Both the position numbers and the translations under genes were made by a program. 64,000 nucleotides of DNA from Patescibacteria group bacterium (GTDB taxonomy: Bacteria > Patescibacteriota > Doudnabacteria > UBA920), in assembly GCA_013387205.1 (NCBI GenBank), contig WARV01000001.1, positions 86 through 64,085 on the forward strand, read 5' to 3'. The notes beneath the pieces are model-generated. The model had not been told where the DNA came from. It saw nothing but the letters and a program-made list of their open reading frames with translations, and made no database searches. Below are positions 8,014 to 17,700 of the stretch, one piece after another; the first letter of the stretch is position 1, and each line of letters begins with the position of its first letter.

Positions 8014-9858
8014 ATGGCAGATTCAATGCCCGCTTGGAAAGCAAAAGCAATAGATATTGTCAGAAAAGAAGTTTTAGCTTGGGAACAGCCGATTTTTTGG
8101 ATTGTCCCCAAGGTGGCTTTTAACATGAGGCTGTTGATTGAACAGTTAATTAAAAATTACTGGGGCGTATTTGATGAACCCGTTGACCCGACTTCGGGAA
8201 AAGAAAAAATTTGGATGCACTTAACTAGGACGATGGTAGAATCCCAGGTTGAGGACACCATTATAAAATCTAAGGATGTTAATTTTAGGGCTAAAACTGA
8301 TATCGCAATCCCCTATAAGCCTTTAGTAAAGAACATTGTCAAAAACCACTTAGATAAAATTTATTTTGGCGATAAATTAAGGGATTTGGTTAGGGATATG
8401 GGCATGACCGGAACAGCAGTCTGGAAAATGCATCCTGACTTCGGCGACAAGCTTTTAAGAAGAGTGAGTGTCTTAAATTGTTACATTGACCCCTCAGTTG
8501 ATTCTATACAAGACGCCGAAAGGTTTACGGAACGCGCGGTGCAGACAATTGATGAAATAAAGGGGATGAAATCCTGGGAAGACACTGGTAAGTTAGCAGG
8601 CTCTAACCAAGTTCATAGGCAGGATTCTGTTGTATCAGGTGCTAACACTTCTCCTGAAGGATTGAAATTCGCAGAAGTCTTTGAAACCTGGGGAAAAATT
8701 CCGAAATGGGTTTTGAACAAGGAAGATAAGGGGGATGATTATGATATGGAAGAGGGACAGATTGTTTGTTCTAGGGATAACGGAACTTGGAATTTCCACT
8801 TTCTAAAAAAGAATACAACTAAAGATTCTACCGGGAGAATTATCAAGCCTTACGAAGAAGCGTGGTTTTCCAAGATTCCGGGCAGGTGGCATGGCGTTGG
8901 CCCTCCTGAAACTCTTTTACACCTACAGATTTGGTCAAATATTTCAGCAAACATTTACGTCAATCGGGAATTTATTTCTTCTCTTGGCTTGTTTCAGATT
9001 AGAAAAGGTTCAGGCATAACCCCGCAGATGATATCTAAGCTCGCCGCAAACGGAGCTATTCAGGTTAGTCAAATCGACCAGGACATTAAGCAGATACAAA
9101 TGGACGAACCTGGTCCGGCATTTTACAACAACCAGCAGTTTATTTACGAACAGGCGCAGAAGTGGACAAGGACATTTGAGATTGCCGGAGCTGACGATAT
9201 GCCAGCTTCCACTCCCGCAACCATAGGGGTAATCAAAAACCAATCCGCGCAAACCGCTTCTTCTCTTGTAAAAGAGGGGACTGGGATTTTCCTGCAACGC
9301 TGCCTTGGTCGCCATCTGATGCCAAATATTTTCAAGGATATAAAAATTGGAGATATCATCCACGCAACTGGGGACACATCCATGCTCCAGGCTTTGGACG
9401 ATGCGATCGTCTTTGACCTGTTAGCAAAACAACTGGATGAAATGGAAGCAAAGGGTGTAATAGTGACTCCGGAAAAGGTAGAACTTGAAGAACAAAGAAT
9501 TAGGCAGTTCTACCAAAAACAAGGTAATCAGAGGATTATTAAATATCTCAAAAACTTGGATTGGGCGGAATACGACGTAGAGCCATTTATTACCAACGAA
9601 GACTTTGACAAGGGAACAATGACGCAAAATCTCTTAACTGCCTTACAGATTGCCCCTGAATACAAAGACCAGATACTTAAAGAGTTGTTTGACTTAATGA
9701 ACCTTCCGCCATTGAAAGCCCCAACTCAAATGCAAGGGACGATGGCTGCACCGCAGCAGCAACCGATGATGAATCCAACTGAAAGGATGGCGCAGAACAA
9801 CACAATGGAACAGGGTGCGGCAGTTGGCAGGCCTATTGGGGGTGTAAATGTTAGATAA
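8014..9858 (+). CDS. Putative portal protein
   Basis: A 614-aa ORF immediately downstream of terL, in the canonical position. No diagnostic motif was verified. Confidence 0.55.
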   Translation: MADSMPAWKAKAIDIVRKEVLAWEQPIFWIVPKVAFNMRLLIEQLIKNYWGVFDEPVDPTSGKEKIWMHLTRTMVESQVEDTIIKSKDVNFRAKTDIAIPYKPLVKNIVKNHLDKIYFGDKLRDLVRDMGMTGTAVWKMHPDFGDKLLRRVSVLNCYIDPSVDSIQDAERFTERAVQTIDEIKGMKSWEDTGKLAGSNQVHRQDSVVSGANTSPEGLKFAEVFETWGKIPKWVLNKEDKGDDYDMEEGQIVCSRDNGTWNFHFLKKNTTKDSTGRIIKPYEEAWFSKIPGRWHGVGPPETLLHLQIWSNISANIYVNREFISSLGLFQIRKGSGITPQMISKLAANGAIQVSQIDQDIKQIQMDEPGPAFYNNQQFIYEQAQKWTRTFEIAGADDMPASTPATIGVIKNQSAQTASSLVKEGTGIFLQRCLGRHLMPNIFKDIKIGDIIHATGDTSMLQALDDAIVFDLLAKQLDEMEAKGVIVTPEKVELEEQRIRQFYQKQGNQRIIKYLKNLDWAEYDVEPFITNEDFDKGTMTQNLLTALQIAPEYKDQILKELFDLMNLPPLKAPTQMQGTMAAPQQQPMMNPTERMAQNNTMEQGAAVGRPIGGVNVR

Positions 9859-10156
9859 CGAAACCAAACAGACAATCGCCGATACGTCACTTTTGGCAAC
9901 CTTGAAAGATAACGACGCATGGAATTTGGCTAAAGAAAAACTTTTAGAGAAACTGTCTTTGCTTAATTCTGTTCAGTCTATACCAGTAGCCAATCGGACT
10001 TTTGAAGCTATCGGACAAGACACGGCAAATCGCACCCATGTCATCTCTGTCGTATTGGAATGGCTGGATGAAGTTGAGAGTTCGCCTGAAGTAGCTAAGG
10101 CCAACCGTGACGCCATTACCCCAAAGGATTCATTAAAATTTGTGATTCGAACTTAG
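9848..10156 (+). CDS. Hypothetical head-module protein
   Basis: ORF track entry. Overlaps the portal stop. Confidence 0.4.
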   Translation: MLDNETKQTIADTSLLATLKDNDAWNLAKEKLLEKLSLLNSVQSIPVANRTFEAIGQDTANRTHVISVVLEWLDEVESSPEVAKANRDAITPKDSLKFVIRT

Positions 10157-10249
10157 GAATTTTGGACTAACCCCTCTAACTGGGGGGTTTCCCCAAACTT
10201 CTTATGTAAAAGTCGAAAGAAGTTCTTAGCAAACGTAATCTAATTTCAC

Positions 10250-10807
10250 ATGGAAGAAGAAAACACACAAACCCCAGCGGCCAACCCTGGCGAAGAAGCT
10301 CCGACCAACGTTGCTTCACCAGAAGGCGCGCAGAATGGTGGTTCCAATCCAACTACCACCCCTGCCTTGAGTTTAGAGGAAATCAATTCTTTGACGGGTC
10401 ACAAGTATTCAAACCTTGATGACGCCAAAAAGGGATTGGTCAATCTGAAGTCTGCCGTTGGGAAAAAGGAAATACCAGTGGACAATCCTGCTTTGGTTAA
10501 GCAGGTCAAAACCCTGGAATTTTTCCTTGAGCATCCCGAATACAAGGATGCAAAATCTTTGATAACCAAATTCGGGGACGACCCGAACGAGGTGATTAAA
10601 GACCCGGTTTTCCAACAGGCTTATAAAGGCATACAGGCTGTGGTAGAAACTGAAAAACAGAAAACGACCATAACGTCCACCTCCCGTGTTGCCACTCCGC
10701 CGTCCGACGAAGCCCAAAAAGCTTTTAAGGCCGCGCAGGATTCAGGCCTCCCCGAAGATTGGGGAAGCGTGATTATGCAAAGATCGGGACTGGACATTAA
10801 GGAATAG
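10250..10807 (+). CDS. Acidic low-complexity protein, possibly scaffolding-like
   Basis: Position between portal and capsid. Acidic and Pro/Ala-rich. Inference only. Confidence 0.35.
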   Translation: MEEENTQTPAANPGEEAPTNVASPEGAQNGGSNPTTTPALSLEEINSLTGHKYSNLDDAKKGLVNLKSAVGKKEIPVDNPALVKQVKTLEFFLEHPEYKDAKSLITKFGDDPNEVIKDPVFQQAYKGIQAVVETEKQKTTITSTSRVATPPSDEAQKAFKAAQDSGLPEDWGSVIMQRSGLDIKE

Positions 10808-10890
10808 CAATGGCAATAGGTTTAGGTTAAATTAGACCTATTAAAATCGAGCCATATGCTGGAAAACCCTTAGAATCTTTAACCCTAACT

Positions 10891-11427
10891 ATGGAACAGT
10901 TTAAAGAATTGGGCAATCAGCAGGAAAGGCTTTCTCTTGTCTCTTATCTCTTTGGAATTATAGACGGCGAAGGTAGTTATCAGCTAGCTTCTGACATAAA
11001 TAAACATGGCCGTAGATATTTTTCCCCACAACTTAATATAAGCAACGCAAATCCAGGAATAATTGATTATTGCATAAAGGCTTTCAAACGTTTAGACGTA
11101 GCATATTATGTCTGGACGCCAAAAAAACACGGCAAAGAAAAATGCGTTTTATATCGATTGTGCGTAAAGGGAATAAAGAGAATGGCAAAATTTTTAGCGG
11201 TTGCGGCTTATTTCCCTCACGCTAAAATACGCCAAGCAAAGTTGTTAAAGAATTTTTGTGACTTGCGATTATCAATTGACCCAAAGAAAAAAGCCAGTGG
11301 TCACGAAATCACATACACAAATGCAGAAGTCGGATTCAAGAATGAACTTGGCCGACTAAACAAGGAATACAACACAAGAGGAAGAATCCTCAGAGACTAT
11401 ACGCTCGACTCTCTAAAAGAGAGATGA
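10891..11427 (+). CDS. LAGLIDADG-family homing endonuclease
   Basis: Motif YLFGIIDGEGSY (LAGLIDADG) with a single-motif size of 178 aa. Confidence 0.7.
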   Translation: MEQFKELGNQQERLSLVSYLFGIIDGEGSYQLASDINKHGRRYFSPQLNISNANPGIIDYCIKAFKRLDVAYYVWTPKKHGKEKCVLYRLCVKGIKRMAKFLAVAAYFPHAKIRQAKLLKNFCDLRLSIDPKKKASGHEITYTNAEVGFKNELGRLNKEYNTRGRILRDYTLDSLKER

Positions 11428-11503
11428 TATAGTCCGACCTTCCACGAAATTGGAAGATTAACAAAACGTAATTACCTACCAAGACCCTACCCGCCGGGAA
11501 GAT

Positions 11504-12346
11504 TTGATTGATGTGGTAACCAACGTGTCCGTCCAGGATACTCCACTCTTGTCAAACTTGCCGATGGGAACTGCCGCTAAGTCAACTTTGCACGAATATG
11601 CTACCGACAGCTTCGCCGATTATACCGATTCAGCCACCGCTGAAGGTTCCGGTGCTTCCGTTGTCGATTTGACTGCTCCGACACGCTCTAACAATGTAAA
11701 CCAAATTTTCAAGGATGACGTCAATGTCTCCAATACGGAAATTGCGGTTAATGGAGTGGTTGAGCCGTTCAAATACCAGCTCGGCAAAGTCATGGTGCAA
11801 CAGGCGAAAAATATTGAATTGGCTTTCATGGCCGGTTCAAGAAACTCCGGTAACTCCGGTGTCGCCCGCCGCCTCCAGGGTGTCATTAACGCAATTACCA
11901 CCAACGCTACTACCAGAGCTTCTGGAACTAGCTTGGGTGAAGTTGCTTTAAACGACATCTTGCAGATGATTTGGACTGGCACAGGTAAAGTCGCTACTAA
12001 CATTTATGTCGGTGCGACCTTGAAGAGAGATATCACCTCTCTGTCCACCACTGTTACCCGTTTCCAAGACGCTGCTTCAAAGCGTTTAACCAAACCGGTT
12101 TCAGTGTACGAATCAGATTTCGGTGTCCATGAAATCTACCTCCACAGGAACGTGCCGACTGGCGCGAACAACCTGACGTTGGTAGCTATCAACCCCGAAT
12201 TCCACCGCAAGTCCTACTTGCGCCCGACCCAGACCGTGCAGTTGCCGCCTGATGGCGATAGAACTCGCGCGATGATTGTTACCGAAGTCACCCTTGAACA
12301 CAAGGGAGAAAAGACTGGTGCAGTAGTCGGTGGATTCACCTCTTAA
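11504..12346 (+). CDS. Putative major capsid protein
   Basis: Position after the scaffold-like gene. Followed by a hairpin at 12367-12395. 280 aa. Assignment by synteny only. Confidence 0.45.
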   Translation: MIDVVTNVSVQDTPLLSNLPMGTAAKSTLHEYATDSFADYTDSATAEGSGASVVDLTAPTRSNNVNQIFKDDVNVSNTEIAVNGVVEPFKYQLGKVMVQQAKNIELAFMAGSRNSGNSGVARRLQGVINAITTNATTRASGTSLGEVALNDILQMIWTGTGKVATNIYVGATLKRDITSLSTTVTRFQDAASKRLTKPVSVYESDFGVHEIYLHRNVPTGANNLTLVAINPEFHRKSYLRPTQTVQLPPDGDRTRAMIVTEVTLEHKGEKTGAVVGGFTS

Positions 12347-12410
12347 TAACTTAGTTGTTATTTGTTCGCCCCCCTTATCCCAATTGAGGGGGACGACAAT
12401 TGGGAAACAA

Positions 12411-12782
12411 ATGAAAGAACAAGTGATAGGGAAAGAGCATTGGAACGTTGATAACGGGGATTTTAAGGGATTATGGGCTATCAATCCGGAAATGGCTCAA
12501 GGTGCTGACATTTGGCAGAAGATTGATGAGATTGTGATTGCCTACTCAAAATTAAATCCTGGCGAAGTTTTCTTGACCATACTGGAGAATAAAGCAGAAT
12601 CCGCAAGGCTCATGCACGAAACAGGGAAAACCAAGGGCGGAACGATGAGGTACGGTGCAGCATGGCCTCTGGGATTGTGGGTAAAGATAAAGCAACTCGC
12701 GCCGGACTTGTTTTTAAACAAGAAAAACTTCCATAAACTCTTAAGGAAATATCCAGGATTTACTATCGCAAAAAAAATATGA
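12411..12782 (+). CDS. Hypothetical protein
   Basis: Internal ATG at 12411 after the capsid terminator hairpin. Track ORF 12330..12782. Confidence 0.4.
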   Translation: MKEQVIGKEHWNVDNGDFKGLWAINPEMAQGADIWQKIDEIVIAYSKLNPGEVFLTILENKAESARLMHETGKTKGGTMRYGAAWPLGLWVKIKQLAPDLFLNKKNFHKLLRKYPGFTIAKKI

Positions 12783-15109
12783 AAACACTCTCTCTTTGTT
12801 TAATAGTTACCGCTGAAGATTTTAAAAAAGCCCTACCTGCCATAGAACAAATTAAGCCATTTGTAAATGAAGTTTGCATTACGGTCACGGACAGGACGGA
12901 AGGGTACGAAGATGGTGATAAATTAAAATTTTCTTACTTCAAATGGATTAATGATTTTGCCGCCGCTAGAAATTATAATTTTTCCCAAAGTTCTTGTGAC
13001 TGGATATTGTGGCTTGACGCTGATGACACTTTGGCTAATCCCGAAAAACTAAAAGGGTTAGTCCAATATGCGGAAGATAATCGGGTAGAAGGATATTACT
13101 TTTTATACAAATACGATTTTGACGCAAGCGGAAAATGCATAAACGAACACTGGAAAGCGCAGCTTCTTAAAAACAACGGGCATTTTAAATGGAAAGGCGC
13201 GATACACGAAGACCCTATCCAGGAACGCCCTGCAAGATGGGCGAAAGCTTACGATTGTGTTCGTATTCACCACTCCGACCACAAAAGGGGGAAGGAATCA
13301 AGCGAGCGCAATATGCGGATTCTGCTAAAGGAAAGAGAACGCGACCCCAAAGAGCCGAGAACCCTATTTTATCTAGGACGTGGATATATTGAATTGGAAG
13401 AATACCAAAAAGCCATTGACTGTTTAACTGAATACTTAGCCTTATCGGGATGGGATGACGAAAGGTATGAGGCAAGGCTGTTGATTGGAAGCTGTTTCAT
13501 GAGGACAAAACAGCATGAAGAAGCCTTGGGTTGGTATAACTCGGCTATTTTGGAGAAGGAAGAGTATCCAGACGCCTATATCCAAAAGGGCATGGCCTAT
13601 TTAAAGCTTGAAAAATGGGGACAAGCGCTTTCAAATTTTAAAACTGCCTTGGGTATGAACATCCCGGACGCTTCCACTTATTTCAACCCCATGCTTTACA
13701 AACGTGACTTATTCCTTGGAATCGCTTTTGCGTATTTGCAGATTGCCGAACTCGACCAGGCTTTGCCAGCAGTGCTGCAAGCTGAAAAAGCTGACCCAAA
13801 ATACCAAGAAACTTTGGATTTAAAAAAGATAATAGTTGAATTGAAATTTAAACACGATACTTCTAACCATTACGCCCGGTTAGCAAAATATTTAAAAGAC
13901 AAGAACCAGGAAGACAAGATTTTACCCTTATTATCTTCTGCACCGAAAGAACTGTTAGACGACCCTATTCTTCTTTCCTTGAAGTTCGCTTACCAGAAAC
14001 AATACACTTGGCCGGAGAAGTCAATTGCCGTTTATTGCGGTCCAACGGCTGAAAGCTGGACACCGGATTCACAGAATAACGGAGGGATAGGCGGAAGCGA
14101 AACCGCAGTAATCGAACTGACGAACAGATTGGCGGAAGATGGCTGGAATATCACAGTTTATAACCAATGCGACGCCCCGCCGGAAGGAAAGAGATACAGC
14201 AAGGTTTTATATAAAAATTACTGGACGTTTAACGTAGATGATGAATTTGATGTTTTGTGGGTTTGGAGATTGCCAGAACTTTTTGACTACGACTTGAATG
14301 CCAGACTGAAAATCTTAGATTTACATGATACCATGTCACCGGCAGATTTTACGCCTGAACGGGTGGCGAAAATGGACAAGATTTTTGTTAAGACAAATTT
14401 TCACCGTTCACTATATCCGAAAATCGCTGATGACAAATTCGTAATTGTCGGAAACGGGATTGATTTGAAGAGGTTTGAAGGAAAAGCAGAAAAAGACCCG
14501 CACCGATTCATGTATTCTTCCACACCAAACAGGGGGCTTGATACTCTGTTAAAGATGTGGCCGAAGATTAAAGAAAAAATCCCCGAAGCGACCCTGCATG
14601 TTTACTACGGTTGGAACACCTTTTACAAACTGGAGAAAAATAACCCAGAACGGATGATGTGGATGAAAAAAGTGCAGGAAATGATGAAACAGGACGGGGT
14701 AGTAGATCACGGGCGAGTTGGACAAAAAGAACTTGCCCAGGATATGTTAAAAACTTCCTTTTGGCTCTACCCCACTGACTTTCCGGAAATTGACTGCATT
14801 ACGGCCAAGGAAATGCAGGCAGCGGGAGTATATCCCATAACTTCTGGTTACGCAGCATTAGAAGAAAGCCAGATAAGTGGCATGAAGGTCAGGGGCGACA
14901 CTTACGACCCTGAGTGGCAAAAAGAATACATCAAGGAAGTGGTTAGTTATAAGGATGCAGAAATTAACCACGAGCATATTAAAACATTAAGTAAACAATT
15001 TTCTTGGGACAATGTAGCCCAAGTATGGAAGGAGCAATTAAATGGCGAAAGTTACAATAAAGAACTTGGGCGAGATTCAGCAAGCACCGAAGGAGAAATT
15101 TCAAATTAA
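12779..15109 (+). CDS. Multidomain glycosyltransferase: N-terminal GT2 (GT-A, WLDADD DxD motif), central TPR repeats, C-terminal GT1/GT4-like (GT-B)
   Basis: N-terminal LIVTAED...WILWLDADDTL, TPR-like repeats around residues 200-330, and a C-terminal region resembling group-1 glycosyltransferases. Confidence 0.7.
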   Translation: MKTLSLCLIVTAEDFKKALPAIEQIKPFVNEVCITVTDRTEGYEDGDKLKFSYFKWINDFAAARNYNFSQSSCDWILWLDADDTLANPEKLKGLVQYAEDNRVEGYYFLYKYDFDASGKCINEHWKAQLLKNNGHFKWKGAIHEDPIQERPARWAKAYDCVRIHHSDHKRGKESSERNMRILLKERERDPKEPRTLFYLGRGYIELEEYQKAIDCLTEYLALSGWDDERYEARLLIGSCFMRTKQHEEALGWYNSAILEKEEYPDAYIQKGMAYLKLEKWGQALSNFKTALGMNIPDASTYFNPMLYKRDLFLGIAFAYLQIAELDQALPAVLQAEKADPKYQETLDLKKIIVELKFKHDTSNHYARLAKYLKDKNQEDKILPLLSSAPKELLDDPILLSLKFAYQKQYTWPEKSIAVYCGPTAESWTPDSQNNGGIGGSETAVIELTNRLAEDGWNITVYNQCDAPPEGKRYSKVLYKNYWTFNVDDEFDVLWVWRLPELFDYDLNARLKILDLHDTMSPADFTPERVAKMDKIFVKTNFHRSLYPKIADDKFVIVGNGIDLKRFEGKAEKDPHRFMYSSTPNRGLDTLLKMWPKIKEKIPEATLHVYYGWNTFYKLEKNNPERMMWMKKVQEMMKQDGVVDHGRVGQKELAQDMLKTSFWLYPTDFPEIDCITAKEMQAAGVYPITSGYAALEESQISGMKVRGDTYDPEWQKEYIKEVVSYKDAEINHEHIKTLSKQFSWDNVAQVWKEQLNGESYNKELGRDSASTEGEISN

Positions 15110-15174
15110 ATATCATAGCGGAATTACAACCTTAGAAGATGTGATCAACCAGCTAAACGAACATTTTAAGGAAA

Positions 15175-16059
15175 ATGCCTAAGCTAAAGATTTCTTTTTT
15201 GTGGGATGGAGTGCGACTGCATTACGGCCAGAGATTTAAAGACGGGCTGTTTATGGCTCTTCAACACCTTAAGGAAAAGCATGAAGTTCGGATGTTTGAA
15301 CCTGACGAGATTGATAAAATAAATGGCTTTCGACCTGACGTGTTGCTGTATTGGGGTGCGTTGTGTGAGAATTCTAAACCCCTAGTTGCCTCTTACCCTT
15401 ATAAAAAAGCGATTTGTTTTGCCGGTGGACCGATTGAGCCAGGTAATGTGGACGGATTTGACCTTTACTTTACCGAATCAGAACAAAATGAATGGGAGTT
15501 TAAGGCTCTGAATAAACCATACATGAGGGCGTTTGGGGTAAATGAGGAACTGTATAAACCTTTACCATTAGAGAAAAAATATGACGCAATTTTCTTCGGC
15601 ACTCATGCGCTTTGGAAAAGGAATGACTTGTTTGCTAAAGCGGTTAAAGACAAAGGCGTGTCGATTGGCATTTTCCAAGACCACGAAAAAGAATGTTACC
15701 AAATCCCGCAAGCCGAGGGTTGTGAAGTCCATGACGAATTACCGAGGGAAGAAGTCGTTACGTTCATCAATCAAAGTCATATTGCCTTAAATACTGCTAA
15801 TTTCTGGGATGGGGGACAAAGGATGACCCTTGAGGCTATGGCTTGCGACGTTCCGCCGATAGTGATGAGCGATTCACCAAAAAACATGGAATATGTGGAT
15901 GAATCAGGGGTGGGGTTAGTAGTTGAACCAAACATAGAAGCGATAAGGGAAGCCATCGGAAGATTAAAAGGAACACAGGCGGGAAGAAAATACATTTTAT
16001 CAAAATGGACATCTAAACATTACGCTCAAAATTTAGAAAAAGGGCTATTACAATTATGA
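15175..16059 (+). CDS. Glycosyltransferase group 1-like (GT-B C-terminal-domain-like) protein
   Basis: Weak GT1-like C-terminal signature (...TLEAMACDVPPIV...). Embedded between the other glycosylation genes. Confidence 0.4.
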   Translation: MPKLKISFLWDGVRLHYGQRFKDGLFMALQHLKEKHEVRMFEPDEIDKINGFRPDVLLYWGALCENSKPLVASYPYKKAICFAGGPIEPGNVDGFDLYFTESEQNEWEFKALNKPYMRAFGVNEELYKPLPLEKKYDAIFFGTHALWKRNDLFAKAVKDKGVSIGIFQDHEKECYQIPQAEGCEVHDELPREEVVTFINQSHIALNTANFWDGGQRMTLEAMACDVPPIVMSDSPKNMEYVDESGVGLVVEPNIEAIREAIGRLKGTQAGRKYILSKWTSKHYAQNLEKGLLQL

Positions 16060-17126
16060 TTCCTATTTCCAAACCATCAGCCGACGACCAGACCAAACAA
16101 GATTTATTGGAAGTTTTAGATTCGGGCTGGTGGGGCAAGGGGCCAAAAGTTGAAGAATTTGAAAAAAAGTTTGCCGAATATGTTGGACAGCAATATGCCG
16201 TTGCTGTTAACTCCGCCACTTCTGCCCTGGATTTATGTTTAAAAGCTGCTGATATTTCCGGCGGCGAACTTTACACCACTCCATTGACTTTTGTTTCTGA
16301 CGCCATTGTGGGGGAGTGGAATAACATGACCGTGACGTTTGGAGATATCGACCCGGAAACACTCTGTTTAGACCCTAAAAGTTTTTATCCATCTAAAAAC
16401 ACTAAGGCGGTAATTGCAGTGGATTCTCATGGAAGGTTGGCTGACATTGATGGTTTTAGGAAAAAGTTTAACGGGTTGATTATTGAAGACGCCGCCCATG
16501 CCATGTACACCCCAGGAGCAGGAAAAGGTGATATGACCGTTTGGTCTTTCCAGGCAGTAAAGACTTTGCCTTGCGGTGACGGCGGCATGATTACCACTAA
16601 CAATAAGAAATATTACGACAAGTTAAAATCCTTAACTTGGTTAGGAATTGAAAAGCCAACATTCTCCCGTGTTTCAGACAAAGGCTACCAATGGGATTAC
16701 GATATTTTCCAATCAGGCATAAAAGCCTATATGAATGATTTAACGGCGGTAATTGGCCTTGGACAACTTAGAAGACTTGATGAAATGAACGCCTGGCGCA
16801 GGGGCATACAAGACCAATATAACGAAGCGTTTAAAAACCATCCACATATCAAGATTCCTGCTTATTCCCATACAGTTCAATATTATACGCCAAGATTTAA
16901 AGACCGTGACGAGCTATGCCAATACTTAGCTAGTAAAGGGATATGCAGCTCTGTCCATTTTAAACCTTTAACAGAGATGGATTACTGGCGCAAGCATTCC
17001 CGATCTGCTCCCATTCCTAATGTCTATCGAATTTGGCCTGAATTATTATCCCTGCCTGTGTATTACGGTTTAACTGGAGATGAAGTTAATCACATTATTA
17101 AAACAGTTCTTGATTTCTATGGCTAA
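16056..17126 (+). CDS. DegT/DnrJ/EryC1/StrS-family PLP-dependent sugar aminotransferase
   Basis: LDSGWWGKGPKVEEFEKKFAEYVG, IIEDAAHA, SFQAVKTL (PLP Lys) and GDGGMITTN. 4-nt overlap with the upstream gene. Confidence 0.85.
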   Translation: MIPISKPSADDQTKQDLLEVLDSGWWGKGPKVEEFEKKFAEYVGQQYAVAVNSATSALDLCLKAADISGGELYTTPLTFVSDAIVGEWNNMTVTFGDIDPETLCLDPKSFYPSKNTKAVIAVDSHGRLADIDGFRKKFNGLIIEDAAHAMYTPGAGKGDMTVWSFQAVKTLPCGDGGMITTNNKKYYDKLKSLTWLGIEKPTFSRVSDKGYQWDYDIFQSGIKAYMNDLTAVIGLGQLRRLDEMNAWRRGIQDQYNEAFKNHPHIKIPAYSHTVQYYTPRFKDRDELCQYLASKGICSSVHFKPLTEMDYWRKHSRSAPIPNVYRIWPELLSLPVYYGLTGDEVNHIIKTVLDFYG

Positions 17127-17700
17127 ACTGTCGGTCATTATTCCTCATTACCCATACGGTGACGAAATTAATAATAAGTTGGATGAATGTAGGAGCAAAC
17201 TGGAAAATTACGACGAACTTGTATTAGTTGTTAATCAGGGAATTGGTTTTGCAAAAGCAGTGAATTTGGGTTTTAAGATGGCAAAAGGTGATTTTCTGCT
17301 TTTAGTGAGTAATGACGTAATTTATACGGGCGGTGATATTCGGGATTTATGTGACCCAGAAGCAGTGACTTGTCCAGTAGTGAACGGAAGAAGGCAGGAA
17401 TTTTACGGATGCACCTTTTGCTTGCCGAGATGGGTATATGAAAAGATATGTGCCTTAAGAGGTGGAAAACAATTTTTAGATGAACAATTTGATATTGGTT
17501 TTTTTGAAGATGACAATCTAATTATGGAACTTCGCCAACTAAATATTCCTATGCGCTCAGTTAAAACAGTTTCCGCCGTAACCCAAGGCAGCCAGACTAT
17601 GAAGATTTTTGGTTCCGCTGACCCTTATAACAACAACCGCGCGAGATTTATTAAGAAATGGGGTGTAAGCAGTTCTAACCCGATTAAATATGAAGATTAG
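17119..17700 (+). CDS. Family 2 glycosyltransferase (GT-A)
   Basis: LSVIIPHYP, AKAVNLGFKMAKGDFLLLVSNDV and FFEDDNL. Start ATGGCTAA overlaps the DegT stop by 8 nt. Confidence 0.75.
   Translation: MAKLSVIIPHYPYGDEINNKLDECRSKLENYDELVLVVNQGIGFAKAVNLGFKMAKGDFLLLVSNDVIYTGGDIRDLCDPEAVTCPVVNGRRQEFYGCTFCLPRWVYEKICALRGGKQFLDEQFDIGFFEDDNLIMELRQLNIPMRSVKTVSAVTQGSQTMKIFGSADPYNNNRARFIKKWGVSSSNPIKYED

Noticed and set aside
9010-9920. Minus-strand ORFs within the portal gene (9010..9363, 9144..9383, 9421..9627, 9726..9920)
   Set aside because: Antisense to a long gene in a uniformly + oriented operon, with no RBS evidence.
10130-10160. tRNA-like TTCGAAC motif near 10141
   Set aside because: No acceptor, D or anticodon arms can be built around it, and it lies at the end of a coding ORF.
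11620-12484. Antisense ORFs 11620..12003, 11715..11951 and 12113..12484 overlapping the capsid gene
   Set aside because: Shadow ORFs inside the putative capsid gene.
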